Shown: piece by piece, positions 39,301 to 56,852 of the stretch | Numbering within the stretch: the first letter of the stretch is position 1 | Layout of the letters: every line of letters starts with the position of its first letter | Source: Daphnia carinata | Taxonomy: Eukaryota | Direction: 5' to 3' | NCBI RefSeq assembly: GCF_022539665.2 | Contig: NC_081331.1 | Span: 12,834,001 to 12,898,000 of the forward strand | DNA: 64,000 bases | Translations under genes and position numbers: made by a program | The notes under the pieces: model-generated | Told to the model about the DNA's origin: nothing | The model's input: the letters and a program-made list of their open reading frames with translations, nothing else | The model's database searches: none

Positions 39301-42300
39301 GAGAAGCTTCAACATAACTTATGTTGAAAGAATGTCTACTTTTATAACGTCAAACATAAAGCTGTCGAAATCATACCACTTCAGGCAGTTCCCATGTGTT
39401 TTTTTTTTTGGTATGTCTTAGCCGAATAAGGTCATACCAAAAAAAGCTATTCAACTCAAAATGAAACGAACAGACAATGAAAGAAAAGGCTACCGCAGTA
39501 GAAAAAGAAAACTGTCCGTTTAATGCGTCACACTCTATTATGTGTTTCCGGGCCAAGCCTTAACGATACCTCCCAGAACGGGAGGAGAAAATATCCGTTC
39601 CATTTATAGTATTGAAAACGTAAACAAAACTCGTTATTTTAATCTTATAGAAAACAGAAGTTTGCTTTTAATTAAACCAAAAGGTTTCTACGGTGAATCG
39701 ACACTGCATGTATAATGAACACATGCTGTTACACATAAAACATTTAGAAAGGCCATTTCGTCCAATTGTAGAAACTTTCAGACGTTTCTGAAGAGTCGAA
39801 TAAATTTTAACAATAAACGCCTTTATAGAAACTGGGCAGAAACTGGTAAACATTTTTGGGAAGAAACAAGTCTGGCGTCTGCTTGTTGGTCTTTGACCAG
39901 ATTGCCTCATCACTGAGTTGACAGCTATATATAAAGCTGATGATGTTTGATTCTGAATTGCTAGATTCATAACGAAAAGCAGAATCGCTGAAAGATGCTT
40001 TTCATATTTAACGATTATGGTTAGCTAAAGGAAAAACTTAAACATCGATTGCGTGGCGCAACGGTAGCGCGTCTGACTCCAGATCAGAAGGTTGCATGTT
40101 CGAATCACGTCAATGTCATTCAAATTTTGAATCTGCTTCACTTGCTTGACCGTTATATTATGCACCTGTAAATATTTCTCGGCTGAGAGAATTATTTTAA
40201 GTTGTGTGTGCAGTGTTCTAGTCAATTTAAAACATTAATTCGAAGCCACAGCGCAAAATAAGAACCAAACAAGCAGAAACTTTCCAAATAAAAATCTAAT
40301 TTCAAGGCGGAAATGCCGGGTGAACGTAGCAGACTCGCTGACCGCAAGTCAATGCACCACAACCATATCCGACATCAGGTTATGCTTTCAGACATGAATT
40401 TATTGGGCACATCTATCCAGACCATATACAGTTAACCGCCCATTCTCATATTTAGTCTCCTAATTAGCCATCGAAAGAGACTTTTTAAGTAACCGTTGAG
40501 CTATGATGGGCCCAAAAAAAAAATCTAATTAAAATGCTTGTCCGACATTGAGTTTCGTTCTCGCGAAAAACGTACTGTGTTGCTTTGTCCACCTGGTGTC
40601 TGTTACGATTGTTGAAAATAGTGACAGCCGTGCCCAGCTGTTCCCAAAACTTGGTGGGCCGACAAGAATAGCTCACCAATAGCCAAAAATCCGGGTTCCA
40701 GTCTTCTGACTTCATTCATTGCAAAATCACATCCACCCACACTGTCTCTTCCGTAATTTTCCGTCCCGACAGAACAAAAATTTCCCCCGCATTCTTTAGA
40801 AATATTCTTGAAAAATGTTTAGTCCTGGAGAAGTCAAGTACGTCACTATCCATCTCGTTAAAATAATCGGCGCACACTAGAAAGATAGGAGCAAAGTTCA
40901 TCCTCTATCATGTGATAGAGAAATCGATGAGCGGAACGGTGTGGGGCGGGGTCTTTGCGTGTCGGCATCGGACGAGACAGACATCTGGTCGTCTGTGGCA
41001 GTTGTTCAAACAGCCGTTCGTCATTCGTTCACGACGGTGCGCTACACGAGGCTTTTAAAGCTATTGAATAAGCTCTGGGGAATGTGTGCGTGAGGAAAAA
41101 CACAGCGTCACCATCATTACCGCATTAAATTCATCGTCAAATGGAACGGATGGTGGTTTAGCAGGACGGGCGGAGGATTTGTTGCCATCGGGCGCGGAAT
41201 ACGCCCTACTCTTTTATCAGAGTACTTAATGATCACGCTTTTCCCTGACTTTTCTAACGGATACTGGGCCACCTTTATGGGCAATACAGCGTGTCGAGTA
41301 AAACAAAAATTTACCTGGAAATCCCGAAATAATAGAGGAAACAAATAATATGTTTTTTCGTCTGATGACAACTGATGTCTTGCTTCCGAGACAACGGAGT
41401 TTTGTATCGGTGCCAAACATCTATTGGGGTAGCAACACTTTTGCCAAAGAAAACAACAACAACCGTTGATAGATCGTTTTCTGTAGGTCTAGCAGATTCA
41501 TGATGTTCGGTCATTGACGACTGCGTCCCTAGCCGGCCTAAATACATCGGCGAGCACTAAATGAAAGTTCGTGATGCCTAAAATACACATCGAGAGAGAG
41601 AGAGGTTTGGGTGTCGAAGAAACCACGGACACCCTTACCCATTTTTAAACTCGACCGTTTTTTTTTGTTCCAAAATGGCTGACATTTAAATGCATATATC
41701 GGCGTGGGGTAGAAAACCCTCTCTATAAATACTCTATTGTTACATAGTTTTTTTTTTCTCGCCTATTGTTCGGCTACATGTTGTGTGTAGAGTGTGGTGG
41801 ATGTTACCTTGGTGAACCGATGTTCTGCAACCCCCCTCCGGAACACAGCCGTTAAAAACATACCCTTTATGCTAGCTTGTCTTTTTATGATTTAACATAA
41901 TGCCCGGAAATGAGAAACAAAGTTTTCTATTTTTTTCCGACAAAAAACCTTCAACTTAAACACGTTCAAGGCTCTCCCATTGACAAGTGATTCACAATAC
42001 ACCATTGCCGACAAAAAGAGTTTTATGGGTTCCTTAGAGGGTGCGGCGTACGCTACGTCAGTAGATCTAGAGCCGGTCGATATTGAACGCAATGGTGACT
42101 CACTCGGCTCTGCTACATCCAGCGATCATTCTTTTCTGACATTCGCTCTACAACATAAATGTAAAACGCTAATGTTTCGCGGTTACCCTAATTGGGAAAG
42201 TTATGTAAGTTTTTCTTGTTGACCTAGCGAAAAGAAAAATTGACCAAGTGATTAATTCTATTATGGAGTGAATGATGGGTTTGTATGTACCGAGTTAACG

Positions 42301-43611
42301 ACCCGGAAAACCTGTCAACTTTAATTCACGTTGCCCCTTTCAAATCGCTGATATGGAAGTAGAACCGCACCGCACCCATCACCATATAAAAAACAATCAA
42401 AAACTTTTAGCCAGAATTGGGTTTTCCAAATTAAGTCGTCACAAATAGGCGGTCTGAATACAAGACATAAATGGGGTTCGACGTCTATCACGAACACAGA
42501 TTGTCACGACAAGTTCAAAGTGAATCGAACCGATGTGATTTTTTAATTCGATACTCATGTAGCTCCTTCGATTAGGATTTAAAAAAAACTTTTTCAGATT
42601 TCCAATGACGTCATCGATTCAATAAAAAAAACAAGAACATTAAAAGGAAGGTTTCACGCGTGAAAGTGGTTGTGGCCTCCAAAATTCCATTGTCCGCGAT
42701 TCTCGTAGACACTCTCTCTTTCTCTATATTTTTTCATCGTTTCTCTCATTCCCTAACATTTAAATCATTTTAGAGTGGCCTTCTGACAATGTGAGCCATG
42801 ACACGAGACTACGAAGGTAAAAAAAAAAAATGATCGGGATAATAAGAAAGGTATCCAGAACGTGGCACCTCATAAATAACCGATCCCCCCATTTTTAAGA
42901 ATAAAATATGAGATGCGCAGGAGCTCACCATTTTTTTTTTTTTCGTTAAAAATGGATTTAACTAATATCAAAAACAACTTTTAAAGAAAAGAAAAAACAT
43001 TTACATGCACAATGACAATCTACAATGGGAATCCCAATAGGGTGGCTGTTAAAACAACACATACGGATTGTGCCGCAGGTATAAAGTCTAAATCATTTAC
43101 ATATGCTGGCGCCAAGCATAATCCTGAAACGTGGCTCATCTCACGTACTTCCCCTCTGAAATAACGTATTTTTCTTTTTTTTTTTTGTGATGTGGATTCG
43201 TCGGTACATTCTACGAACAACCGTGAGTCACGCGCATTGCAGAAAACCAGACATGGCCGTTGGTCAAGGCCCTCCTTTCACCCTTGGAGGTCGCCTGGCT
43301 CTAAATCAACTGAAAAAACCAGCTGATGGCTAATCATGTCTATACCAATTCATCAAGTAGTGCAACCCACATTGAAAAATGACCTATGCAATTGAAAAAT
43401 TTCTCGAGAGGGGACAGACGGTACAAGAAAATTGCGTTTAGATTCTCACCAAATTGTCGTTGATATCGCGCGTGCTCCTACGCGGACGTAGGTGCGACTC
43501 CGTCACTGGATCGAATCGTGTGGGTAACGGATGGGATTGAATCCATTCCGCGTGCACCATTATTAGCGCCGCGATCACCACCAGACCATTGAAACAAGTC
43601 GGCCGTTTCAT
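33336..43611 (-). CDS. Mmp2: Matrix metalloproteinase, arthropod Mmp2/MT-MMP-like (signal peptide, prodomain, catalytic domain, Pro/Thr hinge, hemopexin, hydrophobic GPI-type tail); 5' exons 43611-43450, 39166-39065, 38547-38438, 38200-38072
   Basis: Signal peptide; [20 protein letters not shown]; cysteine switch PRCGLPD; furin site [12 protein letters not shown]; zinc motif [11 protein letters not shown]; Met-turn AIMYPYY; hemopexin repeats ([16 protein letters not shown]); hydrophobic C-terminus. Confidence 0.93.
38318..38332 (-). promoter_or_regulatory. CTCF-like motif ACCACTAGATGGCAG in MMP intron 3
   Basis: Close match to the CTCF core consensus. Confidence 0.45.
40047..40118 (+). tRNA. 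trnW: tRNA-Trp(CCA)-derived sequence, probably a pseudogene (broken acceptor stem), nested antisense in MMP intron 1
   Basis: TGGCGCAACGGTAGCGCGTCTGACTCCAGATCAGAAGGTTGC..GTTCGAATCACGT is the animal tRNA-Trp body, with anticodon CCA at 40079-40081. The acceptor strands GATTGCG/CAATGTC have three mismatches and the T-stem has an A-C mismatch. Confidence 0.8.
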
Positions 43612-46600
43612 CCTTTTTTCCCTTTTCGTCTGGTACAACAACCTTCAATGTTTTTTATGGTATATCCTTTTTATGTTGTTGTTTTTCTGGAAAAACAATC
43701 ACTTTTGAAATTTCGCCATCCGGCGACAACACTTCCGGGACGGATGCATTGAAATTAGGCAACGAACTTCCACGGCTGAGGAAGTTTCAAAAGCCTGTGT
43801 GTGTGTGTGAAATAAAAAGAACAGTTTAGTAACAATCTAAAAACCTGAAGAAAAAACATTGATATGGCTGAAACCAGACAACCACAAATATCGTCTCAAG
43901 AGTTGATGAAATCCTTCCGGCATCAACCGACCGCTATCTCGTCGATGCCAAGGAAACGCCATTCAAAAAATCTCTCATGCACATGTAAAATGAACTAAAA
44001 AAGGAAATAGAAACTTACTCGTGTTTTAGACAGACCAAGAATTCGAAGCACTTGAAGTATACACATTCACAGAGAGAGAAATACAATAGAGACGAATATT
44101 TCCAGCAGTAAAATAGTTCAACGCCCCAATGTGGGTGATTGTTATTGTTTGTTGTTGAAGGACGTCGCGGTGTCAAGCCACACAGCGTCGGACGGCAACG
44201 CTGCTGCTCCCATCGGCACTCGCGGTCCAACTGGATAGCCGGTAGAACTCAACTGTCTGAACAACATTCCCTTCGTATATACTCGGCGTCAATCCAAATC
44301 CGCATCTAATAAACAAAAATAAAAAGCAATGAAGTTTAACAAATCCGAATACGAGACCTCCCAATAACAAGTTTGCCACATATTACAACTACATATCACT
44401 CGTGTTTATCAGGTATCGAATTTCATTGTAGACGACAAAACTTAAATGTTGTACGAATCAGATAACAATTTTCTGGGACATCTAGCCAAAAGCCAAAGCA
44501 GGAATCGGAAGGAAGCATGTTTTTTATTTGTTTTGTTTTTCTGATAAAATCAGAGAGATTCTTTTGTCGTTTCAAGGAGCGTCTTTAACAAAGGAGATCG
44601 ATACTGGGAGACGCCATACTACTATAGCAAGCGACGCCCTCTTCTGGCTTTCGGCCCTCATCTTTGACGGGTTGACCCGAGCCCATTTGTAACGACCTTA
44701 GGGTGTTTCGAAAAAAAAGTAGGGGAGAATTTCAGGCCGATGGTTTGGTTGACAGCTTCAGAAAGAGGTCCATATAGGATATGCCCAGACAATGGCTTTG
44801 TCTGGTATTTATATTGGCGTAACCATGGTAACACAACCCAAGTAAGAAGTAAAAGCCCCATAAATAATAGAAAAAAGAACGAATTTCTGGACAGACGTAG
44901 ATTGATTGTATGATCACATTTTGTGTCCAGGGTTGTTTTTCACCCAGAAACGTGACTCAAATATTCATCTGCTGCAAAAACCTGTCTTCCCAATCATCGA
45001 AAACAAAAAACTTACCTAAAAGGCAATAACGAAATCGGAATTTCAACTTTCTCAACGAAAAACCTATGGAATCCGGTTGAATATGCAGGGTAATGAAGAA
45101 ATGAAAAACTTTTCATACAGAAGCCTGGCCCACCAAGTCGAAAGAGGGTGTGTTCTTCGTCGCCCAGGAAATAACACACGCACACTTAAGGGCCGTAGAC
45201 TCTTTTTTCCCCTTGAAAATATTTTTTCATAAACAAAATGAAACCCGAGCAGACTCCCTAGCACCCCCAGCACCCTTCAAAACAAAATGAAGATAAGATA
45301 AACAAAAACATCAGAAAAATACCCGAGGACTAAACAGCTCAAGAAGATTCGATCTCTGTTAGGTTCCTGGCTATTTCTGTTATTCCAAAAGCCGGAAGCC
45401 ACGTGGATCTTTCTGACGGGACTGGAAAACCTCAGTTCGACATTCTCCAATTAGAAAAAACTTGTGCCTCAACCAAAAAAAATCATAAAAAGGCAGAAAT
45501 AATTGTAATCCTCTGAGGTCACGAATAACTAATCGAGAAAGGGTGTGTAGTATTTCTACACTCAGATAGAAGAATTTGTGTTTATCCATTGCTAAATAGC
45601 TGACCATACATCAATGTCTAGGCACTGGCGGTCGGAATTCAACAGTGGAACTCGTGTAACTTTTAAGTTATTCAACAACAACAAGAAATGAGAAGTTCAA
45701 GGGGAAAACGTCGCGACAGCCAACCACTGAAATCTGATAGTTGAAGGGTGAGGATGAGGTATTTGACGGGCAAGTAAGTACAACACATGTAATTTAATCA
45801 ACGGTTTGAGTGTGTCTCGAATAACGGCGCCCGACAATTCCCGGGAGTCGATTATCCACCTAATCACCTACCCCATATTTAAAACATTTATTTTTCTATT
45901 TTCCACTGTATTCTTGTTTCTTCTCGACGTGGTAGTATATTACATGCCGTTCGTGCAGGAACTGACGAAAGGCTTCATGTGCCGTCAGATAAGTAAATCC
46001 TGTATAACCCAATCGATTACACAAGAGTTCACGACCAAAACAAAGCGGCTCTTTAAAAGTGGAATAATTTACTTTGCGGACACGTAGAACAGGAAAAATA
46101 AAACTAGTGCTTCCTCGTTTCCGCCAGAGAACTCCCAGTATTTACCTTCCTTATCGCCCTATTTCTAAAGGACTTCTCACAGACAGCCTCATTCAAAAAC
46201 GAGAATTTATGAACAGTACGCTATTTTTTAAATCGTTTCTTCACTGTGTCGCGGTGTATCAGCTTGGCACACGTTAAGATTAGGAAAAGTCTTACGTTCC
46301 TAGCGCCATGTCAATTATGAAATTCTTCACGAAAGCCGCAGAAATGAAATACGGCAATGCCTAAAAAGGATAGTAGCGATTCGATCCACACTATGGTTTT
46401 TAAAATTTTCCTTATGCAGTATGAGACAAATACAACTTTATAACAACGAAAACGTTGTGAAAGTTTTCCCATTGTGATCGGTTTACTCTCACATAAATTT
46501 ATCAAGCATCGTGATGAGGATAACAAAAGGACAATCCAACAGCCACCTAACAGTTTCAGGTTGTTCACACCGAGAGAAATTATACCTCGACATCCAGCGA

Positions 46601-47118
46601 GCAAGATTTTTTTTCTACCGCTGGCAACGGATTCGATACGCACCGTCTGGTATTGTGGTAGGCGTCATAAAACAAACTTGAAAATCGAGATGATTACAAA
46701 AGTCTGACCCGGAAACAAAACGGAATAATAACACTTCGTGACGTGTGAGAGGGTTAGTTAAAATAAAGTGTCGTTTTCTTCAGTTCTATTATCCAACTGT
46801 TGTTCTCTTTCGGCCATAAAAACGACATTGGCCTCCGATCGGAATCTTTCGATTTTTTAAACATTGTGGAGCTTACTACCCAAGTTAGTTATTGCGTGAC
46901 CGGGTCTCATAAATTTTAAGTGACATTCTGGCACTCTCTGGGGCTGGAGAAGTGCCAGTTTTTTCCCAATAAGCTCCAGAATTTGTTTTTAGCTGCAACT
47001 ACAACGACGACGAATGAAATCACCATTAATGGTGCGGAAAAAGAACCCCACTTTCTGTTTCCTCCACACAGAAGTTTGCCAATAGTTATTTTCCCCACAA
47101 CTTACGGAACTTTCGTCG

Positions 47119-47726
47119 TCAAAATGTCTTACCTAATTCGTGCTGAAATGTTTCTGGCTCACAAACTTTTAAGCAAGCAAGAGCCAGTTCAAGGAATATT
47201 GGCTCCTTCATTGCATTTGTGATAGATGTTTCTGGTGTTTGGCTCTGCACCAAAGATTTCAGAATATTTCTTACATGGGGATTAGACAGGCACTCTTTCA
47301 CCTCATCACTGTGGGCTGGGGAAAAGAAAAAAGAGTGAATACTTCCTGGTTTTGCAAAACAAATCAAATACCCAATTCTTGTAGCTTTTCAACTGGCACT
47401 GTGTCAGCGGTTGGAAATCTGTAAGTCAAAGGCAGATTTTCAACAGGGAGATTTTCAGGTGGAGGGGCAACTTCAGGTTTTTCGCAAGGTAACTCTTTAT
47501 GTACATTGAAGCACAGGACACTGCAGCTACAGATAAAAAATAAAGAAGGTGCATTAAATTAAATGATGGCGTTGTACATGGTGAGGCGCAGAAATAAATA
47601 GGATTATCGAAAAAATATCATGTTGATGGTTTCATATTAAACACATGGATGTACTTACAACTTGATAAAGCAAGTAGGACACTTGTATTTGAAAGATTGC
47701 GCATTACATATTTGACACGAAGTCAT
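47119..47726 (-). CDS. ZNHIT3: Zinc finger HIT domain protein 3 (box C/D snoRNP assembly), 3 exons
   Basis: MTSCQICNAQSFKYKCPTCFIKFCSVLCFNVHK (zf-HIT), then DTVPVEKLQELAHSDEVKECLSNPHVRNIL...AMKEPIFLELALACLKV (ZNHIT3 C-terminal PAC-HIT). A possible donor near the end (TTAG|gtaaga) makes the final residues uncertain. Confidence 0.9.
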
Positions 47727-47890
47727 TGCTGTTGACTCGTGATGGAACAAAAGAAATTTAGAACTATACGACGAATTTTGTATGCTCTACCGAATACGAT
47801 TGTCAATCAGTTAACACACGTGTGGTCCTGAAAAATAAAAAAAAACGAAGCAGACGAACTGTTCTTTATTTTGCACACTTTAGTTACTGT

Positions 47891-47904
47891 ACACTAGATG
47901 GCAG
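47891..47904 (+). promoter_or_regulatory. CTCF-like motif ACACTAGATGGCAG between the SMC5 3' end and the ZNHIT3 start
   Basis: Close match to the CTCF core consensus, at a gene boundary. Confidence 0.4.
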
Positions 47905-48081
47905 ACATCACAAAAATAAAAACCATAAGAAATCCTTCAACATTTTTTTTTTAATATCACGCGAAAAACCACAATTTAAACAGAATAACACGTATATTTC
48001 TGAATCACACGAAAAGCACTGTAGGTAAATCGGATTCAACGTTGACAAAATGCAAGAAAAAGAATTTATCGAACTAAATCA

Positions 48082-52565
<4,484 letters not shown>

Positions 52566-54000
52566 TTTATAAGAGAAGGTGAACTATTCGCAAAGAAAAA
52601 TATTACTTAGTATGAAAACATTTTTCACGCAAGGTTTTTCGATTTTGTTGAAACTACACAAGGTTAAGTGTAAAAAAGAAGCAGAATGCCGCCAAATTCT
52701 TCGTTGAAAACGAAAGTCAAGTTTACGGCATTGTCAAGTTTCCTTTTTCTCGAGTAGATGTTTTTATTCTGTGAATTCGAATCGAATGGAGAAAATCGAT
52801 GTTAAGGATCTTTATTTCAATGACAATTTCTGAAATATCTAATAAAATTTTTAACCTTAAAGTGTTCAAGCTATTGTCAAAGCAATATTGCAAGCAACAA
52901 GGCCAAAACCTTATCAATATGAACAAGCGGGAGAATGTTACTATTTAGAAGCTTTTATCACCCTTTCCCCCCACATTATGTCAAAAACATTCTAGAAAGC
53001 TCAAGCATGAATTTTTAAAAGTTTTTTCGGTGATAGTAGGCTGTGCCTCTATCTAAGGTTCGTCCGTTTGATAAGCTTTTTTCGTTTCACGTTTTTCGAG
53101 AGCATAACGCCAACGATATTTTTCAACCACAGATTGTACAAAATGAATACGTATAGGTATCGTGGCAGTGGCTGGCTTTGTAAATGAAAAACTATTCCCT
53201 TCTTTATTATTCAACGCACATGCACGTCTCTTCTCACGCTTCGCTATTTGCGCAATATGTTCGTAACATGCAACGATAATATATCAAACAGGGTTTTAAA
53301 AAGTTACGGTGAATGTCAAAGAGATAAACCTGATTTCTTAAAAGCCCTTTTAAATTTCCTTTCTTCTCCCTGTTGTGGCCTTGATACCTTAAAAAAGTCA
53401 AGTGTAGCATAGCTAGTTTTGTTTGGGGGGCTTTTCCTTATACAATTAAGGACCGATTTCCCTTTTTGCTCTGGGACGCATACAGACTTTCCTTTTCTTC
53501 TACGTGAGGAATCCAACAGAGACACGTCCAATTATCAGCTAACCCCGTTGGCGCCTTTTCAAATGAGAAAACTGATAGTCATTTTGTCATACGGGCCTTG
53601 AAAAATTTATTTACTTGTATTGTCTATAGTTTATATTGGCTTACCGCTGTGGTTTTGTTGGGGACAGTCGTAAACACGCGTTGTAGAGTGAACAATATAT
53701 CATATCAACCAGCGGTTTTTTCTGCCGAATCATTTGGTAAGAATCACTTTTTTGTCCTGTAACATTAGCACGCAAGAGAAATCCTTTCGGAGAAAGTGGA
53801 ACGTAATGTTCCTCGGGCAATTCGACAACACTACATAAAACAGGTCATTCAGCAGTAGAGGCGGTACGCCAGGAATTATATTCCAAGAATAAAAGCCAGG
53901 TGAATTCTTCAAAGTTCATCGAAATCAGTCGTTCTTAAGCAGTCTACTCTATCTCGTCAACATCTCGATCTGTGAAAAGTGGTTCAAAATCATTGGGACA

Positions 54001-56350
54001 ATGCGTATTTTTTCGTTGGCCGCCGTCGCTTTGAGTTGCGTATTTTCCACAATTCAAGGTTTGAAAAAGCATCCCTTGAAAGTTATATACGAATTTGTTT
54101 TCAAAACTGTAATGATTAAACAACCAATATCACCTCATCTTTTGTATACTTGTAAGGTTTGCCCTTCAAACCAGTTGTGAAGTCAAGCGAGCGGAAGAGC
54201 TTCTTGCCTACGTGTTCTCTTTGTAATCTTGCGGTCCACGGCATCTTCCAGAGTTTCGAAATCGGTCTTACGAATGAAGACATTGTTGATAACATCGCTT
54301 TGATATGTATCAGTCGAAATCTGTACGACGAAGAGATTTGTCGAGGAGTAGCCACGGATGCTATTGTAAGGGGTTTTTTTTAACGAAATTTGTTGACTTT
54401 TACCGATTTACCTTTCTTTGCAGCCCACAGTGAGGTACATCCACAACAATTCACTAGCTGATCCAGGTAACATTTGCGGTATTCTTATGCAAGAAGCCAA
54501 TTGCACGTTTTCCGATCGCGAAAAGTTAGAGTGGAGTATTGCACCAAGTTTAATACCCAAACCAGACATAGTTCAACTTGACTCACCCCCGGTAAACGTA
54601 AAAGCAAGAAAGGAAAATTAATGATTTTCAAGCAATCATTTTTCTTTTTCTAACCTTTCAAGTCAGATGCATCGACGATCAAAGTTCTCCATTTGGCTGA
54701 TCCTCATTGGGACCCAGAATATTTAGAGGGTTCCAACGCGAACTGTGGCAAGCCTCTCTGTTGTCGAGCATCTTCGGGTCTAGTGGCTACAACTGACGAT
54801 GAGGCCGGTTATTGGGGTGATTATAGAAAATGTGACATGCCTTGGAGGACTCTCGAGAACGCAGTGAAACACATGTCAAAGCATCACTCGGTAAATCAAT
54901 GCGTACGGTCAACAAGGATTCTAATGAATTTAGTTGTTTCTCTAATTCATTGTTCTAGGACGTCGCTTATATCATATGGACTGGCGATCTCGTTCCGCAC
55001 GACATTTGGTCAACAACTCGTGAAGAAAACATGCTTATACATGAAAGCTTACTTAATTTGATAAAAAAATATTTTCCCGACACACCAATCTATCCAACAT
55101 TGGGAAATCATGATGCTCATCCTGCCAATACGTAAGTTTGAAATAATTCACTATGTAATATTGAGTCGATAACTTGACGCTAAAAATTACATAAATTAAA
55201 GTTTCGCAACACCAGAGATAACCGATCAAGATTTGGGTGCCGAATGGCTGTACCAAGATGCTGCTCGTTTGTGGACTAAATTTGGGCTACCAGACGAAGT
55301 TTCCAATACCGTTCGTCATGGGGGCTATTACACGACTTTAGTTCGACCGGGACTTCGCATGGTTTCTCTGAACACCAACTATTGCTATACGTTTAACTGG
55401 TGGACGCTTACTTCCACAAAAGATCCCGCGTCTATTCTAAGTTGGCTTACAAAGATCCTCGAAGATGCAGAAGCAGCGCTTGAAAAGGTAAAAAATCGAC
55501 GGAAAAATTCAAATACAAACCAAATAGTAAAAACAAATAATACTAATTAAACAGGTTCACATCATAGCCCACATTCCTCCTGGTAATGAAGATTGCTGGG
55601 CCATCTACAGCAGAGAATTCGAGAGAATAATAAATCGATTCGAATCGACCGTGGTTGCTCAATTTTACGGACACACTCATAATGAAGAATTCAAATTATT
55701 CTACGATAAAGGAAACGCTACACGACCTATTAATGTAGCCTTCATTGCCGGAAGTATGACGAGTTTCACAGACCTAAGCCCGAGTTACAGAGTCTATACG
55801 ATCGATGGCGAACGCCCTGATTCCAGTTGGGTAGTGAAACATTATTGGCAGATTAAAAATAATCAAACGTTTATATAATGCTTACAATTTGAATATCAGA
55901 GGGTGTTGGATTACAGTACGTGGATGATGAATTTGACGTTAGCCAATCTAAGGGGCCCTACGCATTTACCAGAATGGTTTGAATTATATCAAGCGAAAAA
56001 AGAATATGCCCTGACAGATTTAAATCCCAATACAGTGGATAGCTTTTTCTCACGAATGCTGGATAATGACGCACTTTTCCAGTTATACTTCAAGTAAGGG
56101 AATCAGAACCAATCATAGAACTTTTAATATCCAATTGGTTTATCTCCTACAAATCTCTACTATTTAAATTCAATTCAGGAATTACCATAAGGCAGCTGAT
56201 AAAATTATCTCGAAAGGCTGTGATGAAACGTGCCGGGAAACAATTTTGTGTCGATTAATCACCAGTAATATCGCCGAACGAGAACGCTGTAACCAGATCG
56301 ATCGAAAAATATTTAAAGATTCTGTAGAAGCTGTTGCAGTTGCGCTTTAA
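54001..56350 (+). CDS. SMPD1: Acid sphingomyelinase-like phosphodiesterase (signal peptide + saposin B + metallophosphoesterase)
   Basis: Signal peptide; saposin Cys pattern (CSLC...C...C...C...C); metal ligands HLADPHWD, WTGDLVPHD, LGNHD, HIIAHIPP and FYGHTH; motifs CGKPLCCR and GYWGDYRKCD. It may be one of several paralogs. Confidence 0.92.
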
Positions 56351-56852
56351 ATGACACAACCTCTGACATCTTACAAGTATCGAACAAAAACCTATTTTAC
56401 GTGTAACAGGATTTCTTTGCCCTGTCCTGTGTCGGCGTCTGGCCGATTTGTGCTTACTTTGTGAGCAAGCTAAAAAGGGGTTGATTCTATGGTATTTAAA
56501 TTGAAGCATAAGTATGCAACTAATCGACATTCTAAATTACGCAGTGAAATATATTCTTTTCGTAAATATAGAAACTAAGAGAGCGTGAATTTAATCGTAC
56601 TTGGCAATATTTTCACGAAGATATGGAAAAACTTTCGCTTTAACATTTAACATAATAGTAATGTTGAAGAAATAGCCTAATGGATTGCTGTCTGGACGGA
56701 AGGATTATGAGAGAGCAGAGATTTTCTTACTTAATTCTAAATTGGTTCTTTATCAGTAAATTACCAAACCAATTTAGATGCTATATGGCGGTTATGATAG
56801 ATCATTAAATTTCCCCCGCTTATTTGAATAAGACGGACGAAAGAATCGACAA

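Noticed and set aside
39308..39328. Interrupted palindrome TTCAACATAA-C-TTATGTTGAA
   Set aside because: It is AT-rich, isolated and has a 1-nt loop, with no target-site duplication or second copy seen.
40901..40921. Resemblance to the bacterial tetO operator (TCCCTATCAGTGATAGAGA)
   Set aside because: The spacer differs by one base, there is a single copy and no vector context. It is better explained as a GATA palindrome or chance.
44300..46900. Short ORFs upstream of the MMP gene as a hidden gene or transposon
   Set aside because: I detected no domain motifs, terminal repeats or coherent exon chain. This is likely MMP upstream regulatory DNA.
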